64,000 nt of DNA from Botryllus schlosseri (lineage: Eukaryota). Positions 27,100 through 38,719 of this stretch are shown piece by piece. The stretch is from contig CM119377.1 in NCBI GenBank assembly GCA_051294905.1, forward strand, positions 15,252,001 through 15,316,000, given 5' to 3'. Made by a program: the position numbers and the translations under genes. Below the pieces are notes generated by a model. It was not told the DNA's origin. It did no database searches and saw nothing but the letters and a program-made list of their open reading frames with translations. Every line of letters starts with the position of its first letter. Within the stretch, counting starts at the first letter, position 1.

Positions 27100-27650
27100 G
27101 GCCATTATCGTTCTACACCTGTCGAACGCAAACATAACACCATTTTGCCGTTTAAATAGATTGTTGCTATCTCCCGCATTATTTTCTTCAACGCTAACTC
27201 CCTTATAATGAATACCTATTATCGCCTAAATGAAACGGCTGCAAGGAATAATCAAGCCATCTCGTTTTGATAAGTGCTTGTTTACTTAACACCGTGAAAA
27301 GTCTTATGTCCTTTGCTAAGTCTCGATTGATACATTTGGTAGCAAAATAAGAAAATATGGGGCATCCGGTAATTATGGAGTTATCTACGGCGCACCACCT
27401 GGTAGTCATGTGGGAAGCTTGCAATGTAACAGAAACTTGTTATACATCATCGCATGACAATATAGCGATTGCAAAACTATCAGACCTCGCATATATTCGA
27501 CATCTGAGTAATGTTTAGCGTCCGCCAACAAGGTGCTAGAAGCACGGCTAGCACAATCGTTAATCTGGTGAAGTTGGTCGTGTAGTGTAGGGAAAGGGAT
27601 ACACATGTTGGCACAGAGATTTGCGCAGATGTGACGCATTTGCGATGGGA
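27100..27650 (-). pseudogene. Decayed hAT (Tip100/ZMYM1-like) transposase fragment
   Basis: DCASRASSTLLADA...LQSLY...TTRW resembles HC.AH.LNL.L.D...LQSLY.FF...TRW; frameshifted. Confidence 0.4.
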
Positions 27651-30600
27651 TTTATAGGCGAGATATTATGACAGTACGGAGTGAGACTTTTTATTGCGGG
27701 AACAGGAGAGGGAATACTTTCGTAGTTCTTTGATGTAACTCTAATCGCAGACGAATAAACAAACTTGATTATTGAATTGTATTCTCAGCAAAAGCAATTC
27801 ATGCCACCCGTCTTGATCTACTGTCTCTCCATAATGCTCAATGATTATGTAACCGAAAAGTTATCTCAATACATAAGTCCATTTGTATGCTTGTAGCACA
27901 AAAACCAGATTTGAGACTGTACTGTACGCACAGTGTACATTGATATTGAATAAAGAACTGTATCGTTTCGTACTCTCGAAATCAGTCAAACTTTCGAGTG
28001 AGATTAAGCCTATACCTAACTACTACACTGATCTCGTGACCGGTGCTCACTGCCAGTGGTCACCGACAAAGCAGATCAACGATCTGTACGTAATGTCCTC
28101 GTTTCTGCTGCTAATTATGATTGAAAAATATGGCCGTTATGTTCAAACCCAATCTGTCTTTGAAACACTGAAATTTAAATTTACGTACCTGACATCGTGC
28201 AAGACTGACATCGTTTTCAAAACCTACAAGCAGCCCCGATACAATTGACCGCATGATTGCTAATCACGATTAGAGCTGGGCAATATCGAGTAGCTGAGCA
28301 TTTTGATTCCTAGATGAGCATCGAGTTCGAGTTAGTCGAGTGTTCTAGAATCACTCAGTACAACGCCACAACGGTAAGAATGGCTGAGCATTGAGCAAGT
28401 TCAAATATGTAGGCCTACGTTTTGGTGATCGTAAGCCAGTTACAGGTGAGGAATATTTAATTAGTATTTCCTGGCCATGCTCATTTCATCGCACCTTGTG
28501 TCCATGCTTCGGATGGATCACAGAAGTGTCGTGTGCATGAACTTCCGAATTTTTTCGACCGGTCGAGGTTTCAAGGCGCCCACATTGGGAAGAAAGTATA
28601 GAATTTATCTATATCTCTGACAAAAAAGAGCCTTACAGTTAAGAGCGTATAAAGTCGTTACTATGGAAAATCGGCTCGACTGATTCACTACAATATATAA
28701 TCGACTCTGAGTATTGGAATCGTTGTGCACAATCTGCACATTTCTAGTCACCGTCGAAACCTATGTAATCGCGCTTCTCTATATGATATCGCAAGACTTT
28801 ATTGGTCGGTTATTCAATATCCTAATACTGGGCAATTGATTCCCCAAGCTCGAAAAAAAATTTCAACACATGCTTGTTATGTACTGCAACTTAGGCCAGC
28901 GCGATTTCTTGATAGTGCGAAATGCTGAGCTGGTGATTTCATTATAAATTAACATACAACTATTGCTGCAAGGTTACGGTTAATTATTATCCGTAAAAAT
29001 TGTAATCAAGTGCAGGGATGGCTTACTGTCTTATCTTCAGCTGTTATATAGCGTGCTTTTTGCATTCTAGTGTGTCGATGTCACACAGTGACTGACAGTG
29101 TTTCTGGTTCTGCTTCAGAAATATAGAACCGAATTCTAAATTCAGCCCGCTTAATTTCTGTCCCAATGGATATCATTGACACACTTTATGCACGGATCTG
29201 CTATGTATTATTGACGAAGGAAATTAATGGATATAACTTGGAACTGTATGCACGTATGTTTATTAATGAATACTGGGATATGAGTACGTAAATATCATCA
29301 AATATTATTATCATTCTTAAAAATTGTGTTGCAAAAGCTAGCAGAACTAAATCGATGTCCAAAATCTATTGTCTACATCACGACTGGGTTAACAGTGATT
29401 TCGGCACTTGGCGACGCCAAATCTCGACCCAGCCCAAACCTACCCGCAACACCAAACCTTAAATCCTAACCATAACCGCAAACCCGAACATTAATACATA
29501 CATCCCACGTGTCGAATGCCGAAGAGTGACGTATGTCACCATTCGCGCTCATATTCACCAAAGCATTCACTTTTATTAACACAATACAATATTGATCCAA
29601 ATATTTTTTTTGCAACTTTTTATTAGATATGTAATGCTCAATTCATTAAGTTTTGAATTCACTGGCGACCTTTGAGTGAGCAACTGAGCATGGACCACCT
29701 GCGGTTCGCGTGGAGTGTCAGGTGCGCATGGTGTGGTGTGGCTTGGGTTTATGATTCACCTTGGTCCCATACGGATGAGCTTAGTTCAAGATGGCTAAGG
29801 GAAGGGCCATAATCACACTAGAATCACTGAAATATGCATACGCGGACTTTGCACATTTTCGATAATCTGAAATGTCTATGTGTGGTCCGTGATTTCACAG
29901 CGTTATTAATATGTGGCCTTTTTGTGAAAAAGATAGCGCAGTGCATTCTCGAGGTTGACATATATCTATCAGAAGGCTAAGTTACTTTGATGTATTAGTC
30001 GAGCATTCAAAAATGCACCGCTTTAACAAGTGCGTATTAACACCTTTCCGAGTTGCACGTGTACCTTTGGACATCCTAATGATTGAACCATTCAACATAC
30101 ATAGTATATATACATTATATGGTATTTGATAGATTGGTGTGACGAATATATGTATTCTTTGTCTGCCATTACCAATAAAAGGGTGTCAGTATTTGCTTAA
30201 GTGGATTGATACTCATACAGACACAAAGATGATAACATCTTGTCCGCATTCTCTGATCTTACAGCTTTAGGGCGATTAGCAACCAAACGCTAACCGAATG
30301 GTAGGTGAAATAGAAATAACATTTATTGTATCTTGTGCGGGTATTCAAGGTTATAGCAATTCGGTGATGAATTTCGGTATTAATCACCGCTATCGTTCCA
30401 TTGTAATATAACGGATATGAAATTGAGTACGTATATAATAATGTGATATCTATATACTACAGGCATGATTAACGATTATATATAGTTCATCCACATGTGG
30501 TATTTGTACATAAGAAATTATTTTCAACCACTCTCACACTCAACGTGGCAGCAATAGTGCCCATCATGCCCAACACAAACCAATGTCACTTATCAGTGGA

Positions 30601-33600
30601 AGAAGAAATGAAATTGCAAATGAATTCGATAAGTAGCATCATAACCAAGCGTGCTAGGATACCTCCAAACTAGGATCCTATCACCAGATTGCGATGGTCA
30701 ATTTGATTAATTCATCACAACATTATCGGGCGGTCGGTCCAAATGATTGATAGAGGATGACTAACGTAATGCTACAAACTATTTAATGATCATAAATACG
30801 AATTTATATGTATTCATATGCGGTATTGACTGCAGTAACAACAATTATAGACCTAAAACTGATTCCAATCGGGGCCTAACGATAACGCTAATCTATTCAT
30901 CGCTAAACTATTGATAAGGGAAATTGGCATGCTCCGAGTATTCACGTTACCGCAGGATTGTCATCGCTGTGTAGAGACAAGACATTTTAAAACGTGGCCA
31001 AGTAAAGAGGAAATGCGATCTAGATATTAGATGGTTGAGAGTCTATAAAAAAAAAAATTGCAACAGTCATGGTTGTATTTTCCCTCATAAAGCCACCTTA
31101 TTCTAACTACAGTTAAAATATTTGCACGAATGGTCCTATATCACTGCATCAGTCTCTGTGGTATCGAGATGACACGTGGTACTTGACCACAGTGATCAAT
31201 GATTTACTGAAATTCAGCATGTATAGCGTACGGCAAGGAAATAAATTGATTGAGATAAATTTAGGGAAGGAGGGCACGTTCCTTCCAAATTCGTATCCGT
31301 GCTACGCGAACCTCGAAAATGCAGAAGACCGTCTTCGCAAACGAACCTTAGTGGGTTCTACCCTGTGAACATTTTTATGAAATGTCAGTATATTCCGGTT
31401 ATATTAATATATATGATTGAAACTCCTTGGTTATCAACTTCATATCATTCGATGTACCTCGATGGCAGCAAAGCAAGGAAGCATATTCAACGCAAAACTA
31501 AGAGAACCGTTGTCATGTCATATACCTTCATTGACATTTGTGAAAATTACGATGTCAGAAACGTAAAGCGCCTTCCATTGCTACTCCTACTGAACGAAAA
31601 TTGATCGAATTCAGTGTATATTTTTTGAGAATTTCGATAGGGGACAATGTCAGATATGTTACCCTGCTCAACATGCATGCATGTACGTCTATGGTATTTG
31701 ATTTCAATCAGAATTGTGCCGTCATAGGTCAGTGTGCAAAGGGAACCATTTATAAAATTTCATAAAAGAACCAGAAATATTCAGCGGTTACCACCATCTC
31801 TAAACTATACAATGGTATTTTGACAGTGTGGCGGTAGGACGGGTTCACGATTGCATAGTTTTCTGTGCTTGCCAAGTATGACGTCCGTGTCGAACCCCAG
31901 CTCTACTCTAAATATTAATATTGCTAATCCGATGTTTTACTTCCATATTGGGCAACGGCATATACTCACGCAGCGAAAGATGCCTTGTGGTTTTTTGGTA
32001 TTATTAGTAAGAGTGACCACAAAAGCGGAATATGTAGTGTCTCACACCTCGCATAGGTAGAGCTAGAAACATTATCATTTGGTGCTGCGCAAGGGCATAA
32101 TGCGCTGCTCATTATACATTCAGTCTATATAACTTGTGACTGCGATACCCTGTTCAGTGTTCGCCCGCTGGATCGATGAAAATTACTTTATATATTGTTG
32201 ATCGAATATGTACCCGCTGCAATTCTACTTACCGAGTTCTTAAGTTGATTCCGTTCCGTTGATACAGCCCGTCGCCGAATATGTTTCGTACAGGGAAATC
32301 GAAAAATCGCGTACGACACACACATTTTCATTTTGAAACTTTCCAATTCAATTAATTTGACTGCAGACTTATGCGCTTTCCTGAAATTCCATCTGGTCGA
32401 TCGCAGTACATCGATGCCATATTCAGATATTTGTTTCGGACCATGTGAGGTTAGCGTTAACCCTCCACGCACATAGGTAGTCACGTTTTATAACACGGAT
32501 TGTAGTCAGTCGACGGTTGAAAGCCTTGCGGGTTAAGTTGGTACAACTTTCTGAATGTCCAAAGAATTTAGGGTACTACATTTGATAATGATTTATCCGC
32601 TTCATTTAATTATAAAGACTTTATCTAATATCCCGCAAGGAGTTCGTGGGGGCGTTGACATACGTCAAGAATTCAATCTACGAGTGTATTTCGTACAGAG
32701 AGGATTGACAACTACCTTATACCTTTCATCGTCGATGTAATGAAATTTAGCTGATTGCTTGACACAGTCTTATTGTGATTATAGTAATGTATTGAATACC
32801 ATCTGTTGATTCCTTCGGGAGCCATCCCGTTTATACAAAGAAATCAAAATAAAAGAGGAATTGATATCGAAGTCAAGTTTACACTGGCCTATTCGGTAAT
32901 ATATTATCAAAGCTCCTCTCAGCGGGTTACGAGGCTGTAAAACCGTAGCCTCTGCGTGTGTTGTAACGGAACGATAACACAGCGTTAAACCACAACATGA
33001 TTTCAAACCATTGTTAAACAGCACACACAAAGGTAGATTTACAATATCATTGAATGCAGCAGTGTACACTGAGGTACCGCGATATATAAAAAGATCACTC
33101 AATACGTTGTTCTTAAAGACATACTATGGGTTGTGTCTATACCAGGCGTTGAATTTGAGTTGCGGTCACTCAGGAAATAAATTGCACTCGCACGTCATAA
33201 AAACAAATGAAATCATGTTCCTGATACGAGAACACCGCAGTTGAAACATAAACCGCTGGAAATTACCCAATACAAGCAGTTCAAAGACTCTGCGCCTTTA
33301 GATGGGCAGTGATACAAGTTGTAACATTCAATACAAGTTGGAACATACCGCACAATGCTAATGTTACGATGACAAATGTTGTGGATGTACCATAGGAGGC
33401 GTGACTTTCAGGAAATTGAACTCCTGGAATCTGCAATGCCGTTTCTTGAGTGATGGCTGCAAAACATGTTGATATATGATTTGACTGCAAATGTTGCAAT
33501 CGTATCAGAGTTTTTCAATACATCTCTATACACAGTTTACAAGGGCTATTCACGTATTTATAAATGTACGAAATAGATGTATAGTGTATACCCAACGTAA

Positions 33601-34840
33601 TATCTGTGAATTGAGGTATTACTGTTGTAACGATAAATAGAAGTATGAACGGATTAGTCTCGATGTACTTCCATAACGCAGGAAATAGTTGTCGAATGTA
33701 TGACGTGCAGCTCTGACGAAAAACCGAATAATAGCATACATGATTTCTTCTATATGTTGCGCCAGTTTTTAAGTGGACATTTGGCGTCATTATGCGATAA
33801 TATTCAGGAATGACGACACTCATTTAGCATGCATGTCGCCACCGAGCCAACTATGCTCCAAGTGTTTTGAAGAAATGTGCCTAAGTAGCTTGGCCGAAAT
33901 GCCAGTATATAGGAGAGCCACGATTTGAGTCATGTCGCAAACGAGCTTCTGTTGCCAAAATGAACGGCAAGTTCTTTGATATCATACGCGTAATATCACA
34001 TTCAATGGATGCTCCCTTTGATGATACATTGATAGTAGTTCATTTTTCTGTTCAAGTATCGATTAAAGATGGAATTAGGCCGTTTAAGTAGACCGCAAAC
34101 CCGGCCAGAATGAGAGCCTTATTGTGCCACAAACAATTTAGTATTAGATGCACGTTTATGGCGATGAGTTACAAGCAGCTAAGAATGAGGTGCGGGAATT
34201 GGGACAATCTTGGCACGATTCGCGTCCAAATATATGATTTGCATTGTGACTCGATGCCTCGAGTCACGTTTTCTAAACGACTTGGCTTGACTACAGTCGC
34301 TGCCCAAAAATGATTTGACTTGACTGGGACTCAACGTGTGAAAATACGGAGTGACTCGGAGACAAATTTTCGAGTCAATTTCCAAGTCCTCCAATATTCT
34401 ACTACGCAAAGTCACGCGATCATAGCTAATCCTTCATTGACTAGATTCCATTTCCGCAGTGTTTTAAATGTGTCTAGTTCGATCAGCAGCGACGTCACAG
34501 AAAACGAAGCTTCGGAAATCCCGTAACTGACGTCATAATGGCATTATACAACCATTATAACTGTGCTTAAATGCATTCAGTCAGGTGTATAGGTGTTGGT
34601 TGGTACCAAATTTCTCCTACACATTCAATCCTTATTTTTCGTTTTCTATATTTTACACGAATATGTGGTCAATAAACGTCGCTAACGTTGAATTATACTC
34701 CCATACTATTTTGAATAAAGCACATTTTGTTGGCAGGATTCTCATCAATTTACATAAATAACCGCAGTGACTCATATCATTTAAGTAGTTTAGAAATGGA
34801 AAGGTACCATATTTAACTGTAGTTCGTTGATGGCCTAGCT

Positions 34841-36381
34841 CAGTGGTTCCCAACCAGGGAGGAATTCCCCCCTTGGGGGGAATTTTGCAATTTTTAGGGA
34901 GGAATTTCGCTTTAGAATTGCAACAGATTTCCCAAATTGTTCATATCCGAACTGTCATGTAGTCAACCAGTTATATCCGAACGTATGCTCCTTATGGCTG
35001 TTTTTATTTGATGAAAGTATGTTCAAATGCTATTTGAAATCTCTTTTCCACATACAAATTCCCCCTTGTTTTTTTTTAAACAAGTTCAGATGTGCTGCAG
35101 TTCGCAAGACAATTTTGTAAGCCAGCGACGGCCTCTCAATCAAATATATCCTAAGCGAGCAAATTTCGTGCCTAATCTATCACAAGGCCTCCGGTGAAAG
35201 TATTTTCTTATATTTTCAAGTCAACATTTTCAGACAGTGACAAAATATTCCAACGTCATCGATTCAAGTCAAAGAGATCGCTAGCCTTGCTTTATTCTTA
35301 GTGAACAGCTACCCGATCAAAAAAGGCATGTTAAGCTTGGTGCAATGTTGCCAAAACGTAATGGGTGTCCTAAATATCAACGAGCTCCAGCAGGAAATCT
35401 GATCACGTGTATGTTATATCTCAGGGCTGCAACCAAGTCACGAGGCTCCGAGTCACAAGTCAATCTCACTTTCATAGTTTTGACTCGAGTCAAGTCGAGT
35501 CATTTTCAATTCACCATTGAGTCAAGTCCGAGTCCAAGTCACCGAGCAGAGGGTCGGGTTCGAGTCATGGTATTATGACTCGAGTCCGAGTCATTGTGTT
35601 GACGGCTCAGTTTCAAGTTGAAGTCTTGTTAATCCCACTTTTTACAACGCTGTTTGGTGATATTGAATGATTTGAATTTATAATACACTAATTTTCCTCA
35701 CTTTAAGCAGTTTCTTGTCGCAGTTTCAAGAACCAGGATCAATAGACGAAATTCCAATAGGGTGGTCACTTTACTGTTCTTCGAAATTACAATGAAATGT
35801 CGGTCTTGGCCGTCTTATAGTCTCGAGTCATATGGCTTGGTTCGAGTCATGCACAATGACTCGAGTCCAAGTCGAGTCAATACACAGATTGTCTCAAGTC
35901 GAGTCGAGTCGTTTCCATATTTTGAGTCACATCGAGTAATCAGAAAATGGTGACTCGAATCTGGTCAACCCTGCTATAAATGAAAGTACCAATATTATTG
36001 ACCAGATGCATACGCAAACCTGAGAAAAAAAATCGCGAGACCAGTAAATTTATGCATACTGATTTTTCACAGCAGTTATATTAACGATTGGTGCATGGTA
36101 AGCCGAAAACACAAATGGAAGTGTGGGGGTCTGTTGAGTCAAGCCTTCCAGAATTTGTTTGATTGGGACCAAGACCATAGTTTTTAGAGGTCTCCAAAGT
36201 GTTGTTACAGCCCTGCTAGAAACAAACACTCGGTACTGCCCGTCTTATTCTCTCAGTCGACAGGTGTTTGAGCGGTAAAAATGACCTTTTTAAATCATCG
36301 GGCAGATTTCTCCTAGGGGGGGAATTTGGGCTTAAATTTCGGTCAAGGGAGGCACGAGATGAAAAAGGTTGGGAACCACTG
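34841..36381. mobile_element. Non-autonomous hAT element (CAGTGGTTCCCAACC TIR) just upstream of the candidate Irx promoter
   Basis: Perfect 15-bp TIR cagtggttcccaacc/ggttgggaaccactg; perfect TSD gcctagct; ggggggaattt subterminal motifs. Confidence 0.92.
35422..35973 (+). mobile_element. GACTC/GAGTC-rich MITE nested in 34841-36381
   Basis: Ends cagggctgcaacc...caaccctg; dense gactcgagtc motifs. Related fragments at about 34250-34440, 36440-36610 and 56415-56857. TSD not clear. Confidence 0.7.
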
Positions 36382-36902
36382 GCCTAGCTTATATAAGCAA
36401 TTATTATGCAATAAAATACATCTGCGCATCAATATCAAACGACACAAAATATTTGATGAGTTGAATTTAACTCGAAATCGGAAAATTTGTATGACTTGAC
36501 TCGAGATATCATTTGAATTCTGGTAAATGACTTGACTTGACTCGAGTCAGAATATGTAGCGATTCGAAATGACTTGTGTCTCGAAGGCAATGACTAGATC
36601 ACAAAACTGTTCACAATAATTTTGAAGGTTGTGACGTTGTCGTTATTTAGGTCGATTTCGGCAATTCGAATAACGCCGTAGTTAAGCATTGCGGCACACG
36701 CTCATCACCATTTTGATCACAAGCTACATGCCGACTAGACATAGATCAGTTGAGCGCGTTTGTGCATGCGATGCGGATAAAACATGTTTATCGAAGTCTG
36801 TAAACATCGCGAAAACACCTGGTGTCGCTGAAGGCAATGTTTCAATACACACCAACAGTATTTAATCAGAGACACAACTGACGTGACGCCCGCACAGAGA
36901 CA

Positions 36903-36971
36903 ATGCTTCATGAAGCGGCGGCGAGATTAGATACTGTACAACACTCGATGCCGGGAAATATTCCACCACGA
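36903..36971 (+). CDS. Candidate first coding exon of Irx (MLHEAAARLDTVQHSMPGNIPPR)
   Basis: ATG at 36903, then phase-0 GTAAGC donors at 36972 and 36978 that would join in frame to the acceptor at 38569 (LAKISMMDG...). An Inr-like TCAGTT lies at 36746. No homology support. Confidence 0.35.
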
Positions 36972-38584
36972 GTAAGCGTAAGCGCCCGCCGACACATGAT
37001 AGCTGCTTAGCGATGTGCCGATTATAATAGTAATGACAATATCTGATACATCGGTATTATGCGTAATTTACGGCTATTTTATGCAGCGGAGACTGGAGAA
37101 TTTAGTGCTGCGAATATCATGAGAAAATACTGTAGCGGTGGAATTAATCCTTCCTTATGTCTGCGCTCACGAGACCGGTATTGTTTCAGAAGTTGAAAGT
37201 CTGCGCGAGACCGTGATAACACAAGGCAAGATTAGGTCACGGCAATTAATTAATAAACATAAGAAACACTAACGATTTAGCGCCGTGTGATAGGAACACT
37301 GGCATTTGTTTGCTAATGGGAAAATATCGCAGCGTGCAAAACTGTACTTAACGGTGTCTCGTCGAGAAAAACTTGTGCTCGCGCGGTTATATCGCGATCT
37401 CCTCGTTAATGGTGTGATATCGCAGGTTTAAAAAGGTGTAGTGCAAACAAAATGAGATTCGTGGAAGAACTGGAATATTTAGATGATTAATGCCGGATCG
37501 TTTGCACCCTTATCTTGAAATTAACTCAGCAGAAGCTTGTGAAATACTATATGGTGTACATTTCTATGAAGATACTACAATAGGTGTTACATATTAGAGC
37601 CAAAAGTAGCGCGGTAGCAACGCCGGAACCCGCTAGATGTCAGCCACGTACAGAAGCGTGCCGCATTTGAGCGCAATAAAAGCAATGCGAAAAAGGATGC
37701 ATTTTTTCAGTAGCAAAATAATCAAACATCGCGCATTCCTAAATGGTAACATACGCTTGATGGTTTCAGCAGTATCGAAGTCGTATGCGATTCCACTAAT
37801 GTATATTGTCACGATTAATGTTAGAGCGATATGTCTGATGTTGGGTCAGCGAGATGAGAGACACGTGACAAAAAAGATTGCTTTAGTAACAGTAGCGATT
37901 AGAAGAAAAAGTTGTAAAGAAGAAGAGAAAGCTGTAAACAAAGATGAGAGAATGTCATTATTTAACAAAAAGTTCCTCTCGCGACATTGGAAACCGTTTC
38001 ATTCTTGAAGAATGCTGCCCGACATCGGCCGACATTTGCTGGGGAGTTATTAGTGACAGGATTATTTAATGATAAGTCTTGCTTTTAAAGGTCGACATTC
38101 ACTTTCTGGTGAAACGAGGAACAGTCGTGTGTAGCAGCTTACAGAAAGCAGGGAATGTGTTCGAAATAGGGGTGAACTAATTCGGCCAGAATATGGGGAT
38201 GTCAGCTGGAAATTCGCTCACGAATTCCTATCGCTTTTGCCGGGAATAATCTTGCGACGTCTACATGTTAGCGAGCAGTTGTCTTTGAAGCACACCGGTG
38301 TAACGATACGGTGCCAGTGTCACAGTAAAAAGTCAGGACTGTAAATGTTTAGTAGTTGCTGACGTTAAGTGAAAATATAATGGATTAGTCTTATCGTATT
38401 TCTTTCTTGCAATTCAGATTCTTATGTGTTGGTATATATACAATATTATCTCCGCATCTGCATTACGCTCGAGGATTTGAAGGATTATATAATATTTGAC
38501 TGATAGGTATGTTTAAGTGCTGGAATGGAAATGCATGATGTCGTTATAAGTTCGCCTATTCGATTTTAGTTAGCGAAAATCTCA

Positions 38585-38719
38585 ATGATGGACGGACGAT
38601 TAGTCGCACCTCGCATACCAGCGATACCCATGTACGGACAGCCGTTCAATACCAGTCCGTTTCCGGCCGGGTATCTTCCGTACGGACCAGGAGACGCGTC
38701 GGCATTTTATCCGCAATTG
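38585..38719 (+). CDS. Irx: Irx coding exon A ([10 protein letters not shown]...[17 protein letters not shown])
   Basis: Ends at ttg|gtgagc (phase 0). The GYLPY..DASAFY segment resembles the N-terminal region of vertebrate IRX4 (recalled). A tttag acceptor at 38569 suggests this may not be the first exon. Confidence 0.85.

Noticed and set aside
35422-35973. CRISPR-like array of gactcgagtc motifs (also the aagtag repeats at 61109-61373)
   Set aside because: Motifs are short, irregularly spaced, switch orientation, and lie inside TIR-bounded MITEs in a eukaryotic locus with no cas genes.
36837-36905. Selenocysteine or stop-codon readthrough joining the 14-codon ORF to ATG 36903
   Set aside because: A single in-frame TGA is expected by chance. 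I see no SECIS or readthrough context, so a uORF or coincidence is simpler.
37637-38008. 123-aa ORF upstream of Irx as a separate gene or Irx exon
   Set aside because: No Irx-like or other recognisable motif and AT-rich composition; likely intronic or upstream regulatory DNA.
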